Source: Nitrospirota bacterium | GTDB lineage: Bacteria > Nitrospirota > UBA9217 | Length of the DNA stretch: 64,000 bases | Assembly: GCA_963818475.1 (NCBI GenBank) | Contig: CAWFSF010000006.1 | Coordinates: 2,016,001 to 2,080,000 of the forward strand | Direction of reading: 5' to 3' | In this document: one piece after another, positions 28,325-40,149 of the stretch | How positions within the stretch are numbered: position 1 is the first letter of the stretch | Layout of the letters: each line of letters starts with the position of its first letter | Made by a program: the position numbers and the translations under genes | Notes under the pieces: model-generated | The model's database searches: none | What the model was told of the DNA's origin: nothing | Seen by the model: the letters and a program-made list of their open reading frames with translations, nothing else

Positions 28325-28807
28325 CTACTTCTTAAACTTCTTCCTCAACTTCTCCACCACGAGCGACGGCACAAGGCTCGAAACATCGCCGCCGTAGCTT
28401 GCCGCTTCCTTTACGATCGTCGAAGTGATGAACGAATATTCCTCGTTCGGCATGAGAAAGACGGTCTCAATATCACTGTCCAGCCTCCGGTTCATGAGCG
28501 CCATCTGCATCTCATATTCGAAGTCTGAAACCGCCCGCAGCCCGCGAATGATCCCCACGGCTTTTTTCTGCCTCACATAATCCACCAGCAGGCCGTCGAA
28601 TCCTTCGATCACGACATTCTTTCGCTTTGCCGTCACCCGTCTAAGCATAGCTATGCGCTCTTCGAGAGAAAAAAGCGGTATTTTCTTCGGGTTCTCCGCC
28701 ACCGCCACGATCACCACATCGAAGATCCTGCGGCTTCGATCAACCAGATCGATATGTCCGTTCGTGACGGGGTCGAAGGTTCCGGGATAAACAGCGATGC
28801 GTTTCAT
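28325..28807 (-). CDS. coaD: pantetheine-phosphate adenylyltransferase
   Basis: YPGTFDPVTNGH, RGLRAVSDFEYE. Confidence 0.97.
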   Translation of the reverse strand: MKRIAVYPGTFDPVTNGHIDLVDRSRRIFDVVIVAVAENPKKIPLFSLEERIAMLRRVTAKRKNVVIEGFDGLLVDYVRQKKAVGIIRGLRAVSDFEYEMQMALMNRRLDSDIETVFLMPNEEYSFITSTIVKEAASYGGDVSSLVPSLVVEKLRKKFKK

Positions 28808-28919
28808 GGGAGCTCCTTTATGATGAACTCGTATAGATCATATCTACCCCAGAGGCAGGAGAGCGCGAGACTGAAATCCTCTTACGAAAGGCAGAGTTAT
28901 CAGAATCCGTGGCTTCAGA

Positions 28920-29507
28920 TCATACCGCATCTGCTGCATCCTCCTGACTTCTGACTTCTGTCTCCTGACTCCCGAATGTATAAAACGCCAGCACCGTGTC
29001 ACCGTACACCGCTTCACGCGAAAGCATGAGCTCTCCTGCCTGTTTTGGCGACGGCTGTTTTTTAAAATGCTCGGCAATGACGATCGCATCAGGCTTCAGG
29101 ATCCCGGACTCGGCGATAAGGTTGAGCACGGGCTCCTGTTCGAGCGTATAGGGCGGGTCGAGAAAAACAATATCAAACTGTTCCGATACTTTTTTCAGAT
29201 ATTTCTCCGCCTTCGCTCCGACGATCTCCGTCCGCTTGCTGAAACCGATCAGTTCGATGTTCTTTTTAATAACGTGCAGCGAGTCCCGCGCATCGTCTAC
29301 GAACACGACCCGATCCGCCCCGCGGCTGAGCGCCTCGATGCCGATCCCGCCGGCGCCGGCAAAAAGATCGAGGAACGAGGACTTGTTCACTTTCTCGCCG
29401 AGAATATTGAACAGCGCCTGTTTCACCTTGTCCGAAGTCGGCCGGACCTTTGAACCTGCCGGAACCTTGAGATTCCTGCCTTTGCTTGTGCCGCCAGTGA
29501 TCCTCAT
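28920..29507 (-). CDS. rsmD: 16S rRNA m2G966 methyltransferase
   Basis: RPTSDKVKQALFNIL, LDLFAGAGGIGIEALSRGA, FLDPPY; rsmD-coaD synteny. Confidence 0.94.
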   Translation of the reverse strand: MRITGGTSKGRNLKVPAGSKVRPTSDKVKQALFNILGEKVNKSSFLDLFAGAGGIGIEALSRGADRVVFVDDARDSLHVIKKNIELIGFSKRTEIVGAKAEKYLKKVSEQFDIVFLDPPYTLEQEPVLNLIAESGILKPDAIVIAEHFKKQPSPKQAGELMLSREAVYGDTVLAFYTFGSQETEVRSQEDAADAV

Positions 29508-29583
29508 AGGTCACGTTTCTCTTCCCAAGGAGTAGTAACTCCTTGCGCAAAATTGAGTTTTTCCATAAGTCACCCTTTCTCAT

Positions 29584-29617
29584 CCTCTCCCTCCGGGGAG
29601 AGGGTCTGGGTGAGGGG
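29584..29617. repeat. REP-like palindrome
   Basis: CCTCTCCCTCCGGGGAGAGGGTCTGGGTGAGGGG. Confidence 0.55.
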
Positions 29618-29725
29618 CTGAAGTCAAGCCCATTAGAACAGCATAGGTGAACCGATGCTACAGAAAACAGCTTGTTTAGTCAAGCCTTTCTTGACACTGC
29701 AGGCCTATGCGTATATACTTTTTTC

Positions 29726-31078
29726 ATGATAAAGAATAAACCTTCACGAAGAACAGTCCCTGGACTTGCAGTTCTTTTCCTCTCGCTCGCATCAATGATC
29801 ATCGGCCTGATCGGAATTGCAGTGGGGGCGGCGGAAAAAGCAGCGCCTCCTCCTGCTCCCAAAACGGTCCATGTCCTCACGATCGACGCTGCGATCACCC
29901 CCGTTGTTGCCGAATACATCGAAAAGGCCGTAGACCGCGCTGCTGCAGCCAATGCTGAAGCGCTCATCATCCAGCTGAACACTCCCGGCGGACGCGTTGA
30001 CACCATGCAGCAGATCGTCATGAAGATGCTCTCCGCAAACGTTCCGGTCGTGGTCTACGTTGCGCCGCAGGGCGGCCGGGCTGCATCGGCAGGGGTATTC
30101 ATCACGCTGGCTGCCAACATCGCTGTCATGGCGCCCAGCACGCATATCGGCGCTGCCCATCCGGTGACCATGGCGGGAAAGATGGACGATGTTCAGGAGG
30201 CAAAAGCTGTGAACGACCTTGCCGCCATGGTTCGGGGGCTCGCTGAAAAGCGCGGCAAGAATGCCAAATGGGCTGAGGAGGCCGTACGGAAAAGCGTATC
30301 CATTACCGAGACCGAGGCGCTCAAGCTCAAGGTGATCGACCTGATCGCGCCGGATATGCCGTCGCTCCTTAAGGCCATACACGGAAAAACCGTTGATCTG
30401 GCGCTCGGCAAGAGGGTTCTCGATACAGAACAACGCTCAGGTCAAGGAGATCAAGATGGGGTTCCGGTTCAAACTTCTTGATCTCATCAGCGACCCCAAC
30501 ATTGCCTATATCCTGCTGATCCTCGGGTTCTACGGCCTCTACTTCGAGCTTTCAAACCCCGGCGCCATTTTCCCGGGCGTTGCCGGCGCCATCAGCCTTA
30601 TCCTGGCCTTTTATGCGCTCTCTAACCTGCCGATCAATTATGCCGGTCTCATGCTGATCATCCTCGCCATCGCGCTGTTCATTGCCGAGGCATTCATCAC
30701 GAGCCACGGCGTCCTCGGCGTCGGCGGCACCATCGCCATGGCGATCGGTTCGGTCATGCTGATCGATTCCCCGTTACCCTATATGCGCATATCCTGGGCC
30801 GTCATCATCCCGGTTGTTGCACTTTCATCCCTCCTGTTCATTATCACGGTGTCATTAGCCGTGCGGGTCCAGCGTGAAAAAGCCGGATACCGGAAAAGAA
30901 GGCATGCTCGGACTTGAGGGGGAAGCAAAGACCGACGTTCATGCACGTGGCCAGGTGTTTGTGCGCGGAGAATACTGGAACGCCTGGAGCGATGAGCCGA
31001 TCCAAAAAGGCGAACGGGTGACAGGTCTTGTCTGTCACGGGGCTCAGAGTCAAAGTTAAGAAAGCTTCCCGGCCATAG
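29726..31078 (+). CDS. nfeD: NfeD-family membrane-bound serine protease (frameshifted)
   Basis: LNTPGG, RAASAG, IGAAHPV; membrane domain FELSNPG...SHGVLG; C-terminal GQVFVRGEYWNA, spread over several frames. Confidence 0.88.
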
Positions 31079-31181
31079 AGATGCGCGTATATACCGCTTG
31101 ACTGAAACGATCTGCTCCAATGAAGAACGGCAGAACAACGAAAAATCATGACACGAAAGAAATAACAAGGAGGTTCACGAT

Positions 31182-31960
31182 ATGGAAGCACTAGGACTGG
31201 GATTAGCGTTTGCGAGTATTATTATTGCCTGGTTTCTGTTCAACACGATCAAGATCCTCAAGCAGTACGAGCGGGGAGTGATCTTCACGCTCGGCAAAGT
31301 TGCCCAGGAAGGCGGCGTAAAAGGACCGGGAATGATCATTCTCATCCCCGGGATACAGAAGATGGTGCGGGTGAGCCTCCGCACGGTCACCATGGATGTG
31401 CCGGCACAGGACGTGATCACCAGGGACAACGTGACCGTCAAGGTGAATGCCGTGGTCTACTTCCGGGTCATCGATCCGAAAAAGGCGGTCGTCGAGGTCG
31501 AGGACTTCTACTATGCCACGTCGCTCATCTCGCAGACCACGCTCCGCAGCATCCTGGGCCAGAACCAGTTCGACGATCTGCTTTCGAACCGGGAATCCAT
31601 CAACGCAGAACTGCAGAAGGTGATCGACCAGCAGACCGAGCCCTGGGGCGTCAAGGTGACGACCGTGGAAGTGAGGAACGTGGACCTCCCGGCTGAGATG
31701 CAGCGCGCCATCGCGATCCAGGCGCAGGCAGAGCGCGAACGGCGCGCCAAGATCATCCATGCCGAAGGCGAGCTCCAGGCATCGGCGAAACTGGGAGAAG
31801 CGGCAGCGGTCATCAGCAAGAACCCGATCGCGCTTCAGCTCAGGTATCTGCAGACGCTCACCGAGATCGGCACCGAGAAGAACACGACCATCGTTTTCCC
31901 GCTTCCGATCGACTTTGTATCGGCATTTCCAAGAACATGGTGGAAAAGAAGGAATCCTGA
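31182..31960 (+). CDS. SPFH/stomatin-family protein
   Basis: [44 protein letters not shown]; NfeD partner; true stop probably 31958-31960 after a late indel. Confidence 0.9.
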
Positions 31961-31987
31961 AGAAAAACAGCACGCAGCAGAAAAAAC

Positions 31988-32023
31988 AAAAGGGGACAGA
32001 GCATATGCTCTGTCCCCTTTTTT
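31988..32023. terminator. bidirectional intrinsic terminator
   Basis: AAAAGGGGACAGAGC-ATAT-GCTCTGTCCCCTTTTTT between convergent genes. Confidence 0.85.
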
Positions 32024-32041
32024 AATGAATGGTGGTTCCGG

Positions 32042-32227
32042 TTAGATCTCGGTGACCGTAATGGCCTGCGGCGGGCAATTCTCCACGCAGGTCAGGCAGT
32101 TGATACATTCGGACATATTCACCGGCTCGGACTTGTCGCCCTCCAGCTTGAATACGGACTGCGGGCAAACGTTGACGCAGGTGCCGCAGCCATCGCACTT
32201 GTTCTTGTCCACTGTTACCATGTACAT
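32042..32227 (-). CDS. 2[4Fe-4S] ferredoxin
   Basis: [12 protein letters not shown] and [12 protein letters not shown]; own promoter TTGATT-17-TATTAT at 32274-32302. Confidence 0.92.
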   Translation of the reverse strand: MYMVTVDKNKCDGCGTCVNVCPQSVFKLEGDKSEPVNMSECINCLTCVENCPPQAITVTEI

Positions 32228-32324
32228 GGGCCTTGTTCCTCCTTCAGTAAAAGTATGATGCCAACAGGGGGACATAATACCTGCCTGGCTGACTAAAATC
32301 AATAGATAAATGCTCGCAAAGATC

Positions 32325-32356
32325 AAAAAAAGGCTCATCCCGGTCCGGGATGAGCC
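32325..32356 (-). terminator. intrinsic terminator after dsrP
   Basis: GGCTCATCCCGG/CCGGGATGAGCC stem followed by a U run on the minus strand. Confidence 0.75.
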
Positions 32357-32383
32357 CTGCTGTTTTCATCTGCATGATTCCTA

Positions 32384-33564
32384 TTAATGTTCTATTTCTA
32401 CGCCTGCAGTCTCTTCCCTGACCGTAATGGCGATCTTGTAGAGCAGGGACAGGACCAGGAATCCGATGGCCCAGATTCCCATAGTGATCATGGCCTCCGG
32501 CAGCGTCGGCCAGTAGGTGTGCACTTCCTCAAAGGGATTCGGCACGAAACCGCCGATGATCAGTCCGAAACCCTTGTCGATCCAGAGCGAGATGAAGAGC
32601 ATGACACAGGCCAGGGCCAGCAGTACCTTCATTCTTCCGTATCGCCGGGACCCAGAGCATGGACAGAGAGACAAGCGCAAAGACCGTTGAGGTCCACATG
32701 AGCGGAACGAGTTCAGTATGGCCTTCAAGCCCCGTATACAGATACACGAAGGAATGCGCATGGCCCGGGAATGCCGCTGTAGAACGCCGTAAAGAACTCC
32801 AGTCCCAGGAAAAATACATTCGCGAACATGGCATAGGCCACGATCTTGCCGACTGCCTGGATGGCTTCCTTGCCCGCATCGAACTTGCTGATCTTGCGAA
32901 CGATCAGGGCGAGGATGATCAGCAAGCGCCGGACCGCCGGCAAATGCCGAGGCCAGGAACCGCGCTGCCATGATGGCGCTGAGCCAGAAGTGACGTCCCG
33001 GGATACCGGCATACAGAAATGCCGTGACCGTGTGAATGCTGATCGCCCAGGGAATCGAGAGATAGATGAAGGGCTTGATCCACTTCGGCGGGGCAATGCC
33101 CTTCCGGTCCGAACCAAGGGTCACCCAGCCGACCAGAAGATTGATGAACAGGTAGCCGTTCAGCACCACCGTGTCCCAGAACACCATCGCGAGTCGGCGT
33201 GGGATGCAGGAATATGTTCATGATCCTCATGGGCTGGCCCATGTCCGCCATGATGAACAGAATGCACATGATGACCGCCGAAATCGCGAGAAACTCGCCG
33301 AGGATCACGATCTTGCCGAACGTTCTTGTAATCGTGCAGGTAGTGCGGAATGACCAGCATCACGGCCGAGGCCGCAACACCGACCAGGAACGTGAACTGG
33401 CCGATGTACAGGCCCCACGATACATCCCGGTGAAGGCCGGTGAGTCCCAGACCCGTAGGTAAACTGCTGGTAAGTAATAGTACACCCCGCACCAGTGACA
33501 GGGCACCGAGAAACATGAGCCATGCCCAGTATTTTTTACTTCCTACTAGTGCTTTCTCAAGCAT
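32384..33564 (-). CDS. dsrP: DsrP, NrfD/PsrC-type membrane subunit (frameshifted)
   Basis: [59 protein letters not shown]. Confidence 0.92.
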
Positions 33565-33576
33565 GCTCGCTCCCTC

Positions 33577-34404
33577 CTATCGAGATAGTAAATGGCCGGG
33601 CCGGTGCCCAGGTCGGGTTTGCGCCGGATCGTGTAGCTGGTTCGTCACGATCTTCCTGACCTCGGAGTTCTGGTCTTCCATGTCTCCGAAGAGCAGGCCG
33701 CCCTTGGGCGCCGCCTCAACGCAGGCTGGAAGTTTCCCCACCGCAAGCCGCTCGGTACAGAACGTGCATTTTTCCACCACGCCTTTTGTCCGCGTCGGGT
33801 ATTCCTTGTTCACATTCTTGATGAACGGCTCCCCGTTCGGATTTTTGCCGCGGGGATCTCTCCAGTTGAAGCTCCGCGCCCCATAGGGACATGCGGCCAT
33901 GCAGAACCGGCATCCGATGCAGCGATGCATCATCCTGCATCGTGATCCCGTCGGGCAGCTTGAACGTTGCCTTGGTCGGACAGACCCGGACACAGGGCGG
34001 GTTGTCGCAGTGGTTGCATAGTACGAAGAACGGCATCTCCTTGATGTGCTCGCTCATGTACTTGATTGTCCTGACCCGGGAAGGCGCGCTCGTACGCCGC
34101 CTTCCAGATCCACTTGATCTCGTCCTTCCTGTTGACGGACCCGTCAGGTTCCGGAAATCGGGTACATTGTGAGTCTGATGGCAGGCCGAAATGACCTTCT
34201 TAACGTCTTCGTCGGTCGTGAACTTGCTCATGTCCACGACCATGGCCCAGCGCTTCGCAGTCAGGGCCTCCTTGTTCGGTCCACCTCTGACGGATCCAGG
34301 CCCGGCGACCAGACGTTGTGCGTGGCTGATGCCACCGATGCTCCGAAGCCCAGGATGGAGGAAATGCCGGCAATTTTCAGGAATTGTCTTCTATCCATGC
34401 TCAT
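33577..34404 (-). CDS. dsrO: DsrO periplasmic Fe-S subunit (frameshifted)
   Basis: Tat-like MDRRQFLK; [47 protein letters not shown]. Confidence 0.9.
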
Positions 34405-34407
34405 GAT

Positions 34408-34832
34408 TTAACCTCCTCCTTCTCCTCGGCTGGATATGGCAGTCCCAGCAATACGGCTTGACCGACATATAGTTGTGGCATTCGTCGCAGAACTTCTTCT
34501 TGTTGGAATGGCACGTCATGCATCCGTTCTGAAGGCTCATGTTGAATCGTTTATGGCTCGCATTGCTCGATATATCCGCGATTGTCGTCGCGGACCACCG
34601 AATCCCGCCAGTTGTTCAGAAGCTGCATGTGCTCGGTCCGCATGAACTCCTTGGACTCCACGCACTCCTTCTTGCCGTTCAGTTTGCGACCCATTCCTGG
34701 ATCGCCGGAGTGTCCGTCTTCGGCTCAGGCTTCGCATTCACCTTCCCGATGTTGAAATAGAACGGGAAAGCCGCAAATGCCACGAAAGACGACGAGCCCG
34801 ATGAATATTTTTCCGCCGTCATAGAGTTTCAT
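34408..34832 (-). CDS. dsrJ: DsrJ triheme cytochrome c (frameshifted)
   Basis: Manual translation: MKLYDGGKIFIGL...FMRTEHMQLLNNWRDSVVR...CMTCH...FCDECHNY...PYCWDCH. Confidence 0.9.
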
Positions 34833-36457
34833 TAGGCTTTTTCCTCCTTCACTTGGACTGACGGAAGCGGTTCGCCGCGCAGATCGGTCGTTCTTTCCTT
34901 CTCGCCCGTCATGATCAGGGCGTTTGCCACGAGTTCATGGAGACCGCAGACACCCACACCGGGCACCCAGTATTCCATCAGGGCCTTGAGCGTTGCGCGG
35001 TCAATGGCGCAGACGTTGCCGAGCATATTCACGCCGTGGTGCTCGTGCACGAACTTGACCGCGTTCGCCCGGGGGAATCCGCCCTTCATCCGGAGATCCA
35101 TGTCTTCCGAGGCGTTCAGGCCGGTGCCGCTGCCGCAGCAGAAGGTCTTTTCGCGGATGGTGTCCTCGGGCATCTCGATGAAAGTTATTGCACCACGCTC
35201 TTGAGCACGTAGCGGGGCTCCTCGAGCAGGCCCATGCCGCGGGCAGTGTTACAGGAGTCGTGCCAGGTGACGTTGCAGGTGATCGTTCCGCTTCGGATCG
35301 AGCTTCAGCTTGTTGTTCTTGATCAGGTCGGCCGTGAATTCCGCGACGTGGACCATCTTCATCGATTTCGCGTTCTCGAACACCGTGCCCGGTGATCGGG
35401 GATTTCGGGACTTCGAGGAAATCGGCCGGACCGTTCCAGGTGTCCATGTACTGGGAGAGCACCCGCCACATGTGGCCGCACTCTCCGCCGAGGATCCATT
35501 TCACGCCGAGACGCTTGGCCTCGGCGTAGATCTTGGAATTGAGCCGTTTGCCCATCTCGTTCGAGGTGAAGAACCCGAAGTTGCCGCCCTCTGAAGCATA
35601 GGTGCTCCAGGTATAGTCGAGCCCCAGCTCCTCGAACAGCATCATGTAGCCCATGGCCGTGTAGGTGCCCGGGATCGGCGAAGAGGTCGCCCGAGGGCGT
35701 CACGAACAGGATCTCGGCGCCCTTGCGGTTGAAGGTGGGTTTGATCCTTTTGCCGGTGATGGTCTCGATATCGTCCAGCATATATTCGAGGTTGCCGACG
35801 ATCGTGTGGGGCTCGAGACCCAGGTGGTTGCCCTTCATGTAGCAGTTCGAGACCGGCCCCGCGATCCACTCGATGTTCAGACCGAGCAGATTGAGAAGCT
35901 CGCGGCCGATGATCGTGATCTCCGCCTGGTCGATGCCGTAGGGGCAGAAGACCGAGCAGCGGCGGCACTCGGTGCACTGGTAGAAGTAGTACCACCACTC
36001 CTTCAGCACATCGAGCGTCAGTTCGCGGGCTCCCGCCATCTTGCCGAAGATCTTGCCGGCCAGGGTGTATTCTTTTCGGTAGACCGAACGGATGCAGCTC
36101 GGCCCTGAGCACCGGCATGTTCTTGGGGTCGCCGGTGCCGATGAAGAAATGGCACTTGTCCGCGCAGGCGCCGCAGCGCACGCAGATGTCCATGAACAGC
36201 CGGAAGGACCGGTACTTTTCGAGGCGCTCCGCGATCCCGTCGAGCAGGATCTGCTTCCAGTTCTCGGGCAGTTTCCAGTCCGCGTCCGCCGGCCGCCAGT
36301 CCCGGGGGTTCGGGAAGCCGACGATCTCAAGGCTTTTCGGCTTCGAGCCATGGCAGAACATGCCCTCTTTGAACACCACGGGCGTATCCATCCAGCCCGT
36401 CTTCGGCGGCGTGTAATCTATCTTTGACAGTTCTTCTGGTTTCGGAAGTTTCGCCAT
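34832..36457 (-). CDS. dsrK: DsrK HdrD-like catalytic subunit (frameshifted)
   Basis: CVRCGACADKCHF, CTECRRCSVFCPYGID, GECGHMWR, HDSCN, TFCCGSG, CAID. Confidence 0.93.
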
Positions 36458-36459
36458 GA

Positions 36460-37464
36460 TTACTCCTTTTCTACCGGCAGGCCGGCGTCTTTCATTTTGT
36501 CCCTGAAATCATTCTCGTACTCTTCATAGGTATGAACATGGACGGGATAGTTCCAGGGATTGATGTGCCTCTTCTAGCGGCTGTTGTTCGCCAGGTTGCG
36601 GGTCGGGCTCATGAAGACACCGGCCATGTGCACCAGCTTGCTGAAGGGGAAATAGGCGAACAGCGTGCAGATGAGGAACAGATGGATGTAGAAGATCGGG
36701 CCGATTGCCCGCCGCGGGGGTTATCGGGCTGAAGCTGACCAGCGCTCATGGCCAGCATCTTCACGCTCACGATGTCTGTTTTGTGAAAGTATCGCATCAG
36801 GACGCCGGTGATGCCGATGCCGAGGATCAGGAAGAGCGGGAAGTAATCGGCGATAAGGGATATGTAGCGGACCTGCGGTAGTGCCGATCCTTCTGATGAA
36901 TAGATAGGTCACGGCGGCCAGGAGGACCAGATCGGTCATATACAGGAGCGGTGTGCCGATCTGGAGAAAGCTGTCCAGCCCCTCAACGATCTGGACCGGG
37001 AACGGCAGCGTCTCGGTGAAGAACCGAAGATGCCTGATCAAGATGATCAAGAAGGAGTAGTGAAACGCCAAGCCCGCCAGCCCAGAGCCACTTTGCTTCG
37101 CCGTAGGCAAGTCTGGTTGTCTTCCTCCAGTTCTGCGTTTTCAGGTTCCGGAAAAGCGAACGGAAGAAAAAGACTTCGAGCGCCATCCTGCCGAGCACAC
37201 CAAGCATGGTGGAAGGGTTTTCCAGTTTGCTCTGCTTGATCCAGGGAAGCGATTTCTGCTGTCCGCAGGTCGTCGGGATGCGGAACGGCACCGGAGAACT
37301 TCCCCATTTCAGAATACGGACGATCATGAAAATGATGAACGTGGCAACCGCTGCATAGGGAATGACCACTCCGAAGAGAAATGCATATTCTGCCATCGCC
37401 ACTCCCGCATAGGCAACCAGTACAAGCAGCAAGTACTGCGATGAAAGATAGTAATGACTTTCAT
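36460..37464 (-). CDS. dsrM: DsrM NarI-like cytochrome b (frameshifted)
   Basis: SPVPFRIPTTCGQQKSLPWIK, AFHYSFLIILIRHLRFF, FPFSKLVHMAGVFMSPTRNL. Confidence 0.92.
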
Positions 37465-37519
37465 TTCGTTACCTCTTTTCGTTTAGGTTAACCGCGTTCG
37501 CCTGCAGAGAACGATAAAG

Positions 37520-38039
37520 CTACTCCTGAAACTCGGTGATAATTTTGGCCTGCTGGAGCAGCCTGAAGGTCGCTCGCCCGGCTTCTTTGGCCTTGATGTC
37601 GTAAATTCCTTCGCGACAGTGCATGTAGAGATCGAAGGCAAAAAGAGCAAGATCGTCGACGGCAGATTCCAAGTGCCACCAGTTCCTCGCAAAGCTTCCG
37701 GTCCTGCAGCATCTCGGTTCCCAGCGCAGCGCGCACGATATTCTTGAGCTGGAAGATGAACGCGACGCGCCTGCGCCGGAGTAAAATTCTGCACCGCGCG
37801 GATCCTGATCATGCTGTCAAGAAAAGACGAAACCGTATCCGGAAGCATGCCCTCCAGCAAGAGCATCGAACAGGGCCTCAACGCCTTCGGCATAGTGTAT
37901 AGCCCACCGGGTTGGCGAACTGGGCATCCTGCTTCCGGAGAGAACTGCGCGTGCCTTCCGGATAGGTCTCGACCAACGCCTCGAACCATTGTTTAACGAT
38001 CGCGGACTTCTTTTCCTGAAGAATATTCTTAAGGCTCAT
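37520..38039 (-). CDS. dsrT: DsrT (RsbRD N-terminal domain) (frameshifted)
   Basis: KQWFEALVETYP...FANPVG...MIRIRAVQNFTP...AFDLYMHCREGIYDIK; directly upstream of dsrM. Confidence 0.88.
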
Positions 38040-38075
38040 TGCATTCACCTTCCCGGCTGCAGGTCGGGTCCGTGA

Positions 38076-38490
38076 CTAGAAGAACAGCAGGTGCTTCACC
38101 GAATCCATTTCCTTCTGGATCTCTGCAAAGGAAACAAATTTCGTCTTCGAGGTCGGCGCCCATATCTTCGGCATTGGTGATCATCTGGTCTTCCTTCAGG
38201 CCGAGCCGCTCCATGTCTTCTTTGCAGACCCAGACAGGAAGATCGATCATCAGGCAGCTCTTGATATGGTTTTCCGTGCTGGTCACACCATAGACCTTCA
38301 TCGCCTGCTGGTCCTTTACTGCGTTCAGCACACCGTCACCCACAAAGACGATGGTCGGGACCACGGAGTCGCCGTCATCCATGTAGATCTCCGCGGTCTG
38401 GCTTGCAATGGCATGGGTGAGCGCAAGACGGGGATTCTCGCTCTTATACGGCGGCCTTTGCACAACGAACAATAAATTTACGGCACCCAT
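38076..38490 (-). CDS. DsrF-like (DsrE-family) protein
   Basis: LFVVQRPPY, FVGDGVL, VCKEDMERLGL; a late frameshift gives ...EMDSVKHLLFF*. Confidence 0.72.
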
Positions 38491-38850
38491 TTACTCACCT
38501 CCGATATGAAGCAGCCTGTCGGTCTTGACGGTCTTTGCCAGGTACCAGTCCATGCTGGCACGCTTCATGCCCTCGGGCACGTCTTCCTTGTGATAGCCGC
38601 GGGCCTCGGCACATGCCTCGCACACGGTGATCTCCATGCCCTTGCCCATCAGTTCCTTCATGAGCTTTTCATTATGCGAGTAATCTTTGAACGCCTTCTG
38701 TCCCTTTTTGGCCATCATCACGGCATTACCGGAAAGCCACATATTCACCTTGTGGCCCTTGGCAATTCCGGCCTCGGCAAGCTTGAATGCAAAATCAAGC
38801 GACATCGAGCCGACCAGGGACGGGAACACTCCCAATGTTAATTCTCCCAT
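38491..38850 (-). CDS. DsrE-like sulfurtransferase
   Basis: KGHKVNMWLSGNAV, ITVCEACAEARG carrying the family active-site Cys. Confidence 0.78.
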   Translation of the reverse strand: MGELTLGVFPSLVGSMSLDFAFKLAEAGIAKGHKVNMWLSGNAVMMAKKGQKAFKDYSHNEKLMKELMGKGMEITVCEACAEARGYHKEDVPEGMKRASMDWYLAKTVKTDRLLHIGGE

Positions 38851-38945
38851 GCTATCCTCCTTAACGTTCTATGATCGGACGAGCGACAGCAAGAATGCTT
38901 TGCATGCCTGCGATCAACGCAATCGTCCTTCATGAATTTAGAGTC

Positions 38946-39247
38946 CTACAACCAGGCAGTCTTCTCATAGTCGTTCATAATGAGATCGACGATATCGCCG
39001 TAGCTGATGACCTTCACCTTGGAGTTCACCTGTCGCCGCTGTAAAACCTCTGGTGGTCAGATCGTCCGCCAAAACGTAAAAGCTTGCGCCAGCCTTGGAC
39101 AGCACCGGCGAATCCTTGCCGTTCTTCTTTGACCACTGCATGATAGATGCCATTGCCCACGAGGATCACGCCCATTTTGTCGGCCTTCATTCTCTCGAAG
39201 GTGTCTTCGGTCCTTCTCCAGTCGCTTAAAAATACTGCTAGTTTCAT
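38946..39247 (-). CDS. DsrH/TusB-like protein (frameshifted)
   Basis: VILVGNGIYHA...FYVLADDLTTRGF...VISYGDIVDLI resembles the DsrH/TusB pattern. Confidence 0.72.
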
Positions 39248-39278
39248 CGTTTCACCTCCCTGAGAGCACTGTTTTAAT

Positions 39279-39314
39279 AAAAAAACAGGGGATTAGTTAT
39301 TCAACTATCCCCTT
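39279..39314 (-). terminator. intrinsic terminator inside the dsr cluster
   Basis: Minus strand AGGGGATAGTTG...AACTAATCCCCTG followed by a U run. Confidence 0.6.
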
Positions 39315-39342
39315 TGTTCGTGATGCATGTTCTCTACCGTCA

Positions 39343-39526
39343 TTATAGTCTCTTGACCGTGATGGCCTGCTGCGGACAGTTCTCAACGCAGGTCAGGCAG
39401 TTGATGCACTCGGACATGTTCACCGGGTCCGCCTTGCCGCCTTCGACCTTGAACACCGACTGGGGACATACATTGGCGCAGGTGCCGTCACCATCGCACT
39501 TGCCTTATCAATTGTTACCATATCAT
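39343..39526 (-). CDS. ferredoxin paralog with CxxDxxC first cluster motif (frameshifted at the ends)
   Basis: Manual translation [49 protein letters not shown]. Confidence 0.85.
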
Positions 39527-39718
39527 GGTGATCTGTTCCTCCTCATCAGGATTAGCCTCATCAACCGCCTGCATTCTTCCGACATCTCCCGCACAACGCC
39601 TGCTCTGCCGACAGCCATACTCCCATCAGCAGGAAGAGCGCGATATGCTGAGGGAACTCCCTCAGCATACCACCGCTCTGGTATCTGACAGATCAGGGGA
39701 ACGCCGCAACGAAAGGAA

Positions 39719-40054
39719 CTATACGCAGCCGGTCGGCTTCGGAAGGCCGGCGATCTTGCAGGCCTGCTTTGCCGGTCCGCCCGGATAGAGCTCATAGAGG
39801 TACTTGGTGTTGCCCTTCTCGGGCCCAAGCTTCTTGCCGATCTCTTTCACGAGGATCTTGATCATCGGCGCGATCTGATACTGCTTGTAGTAGTCGCGCA
39901 GGAAGTTCACCACTTCCCAGTGCTGCTCGCTCATATCGATGCCTTCGACCTGTGCGAAATAGTTCGCTACATCCATGTTCCAGTCGTCCAGATTCGCCAA
40001 AAATCCGTCTTCATCCACTTCGATCGTCTTGCCCTTTACGTCTATCGTTGCCAT
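39719..40054 (-). CDS. dsrC: DsrC sulfur carrier
   Basis: C-terminal PAKQACKIAGLPKPTGCV with both conserved Cys. Confidence 0.97.
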   Translation of the reverse strand: MATIDVKGKTIEVDEDGFLANLDDWNMDVANYFAQVEGIDMSEQHWEVVNFLRDYYKQYQIAPMIKILVKEIGKKLGPEKGNTKYLYELYPGGPAKQACKIAGLPKPTGCV

Positions 40055-40149
40055 TGTTCATTCCCCTTTCGTTAATGTAATCGGGCGCCACGCGCCACTC
40101 GGTTGTTGATATGTTCTGTGTAGATACGCTGTCCGATTGATCCGGCCAG

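Noticed and set aside
39559-39668. 35-aa hydrophobic ORF between dsrC and the ferredoxin
   Set aside because: Its start lies within a perfect hairpin and it has no clear SD; better explained as an intergenic structure.
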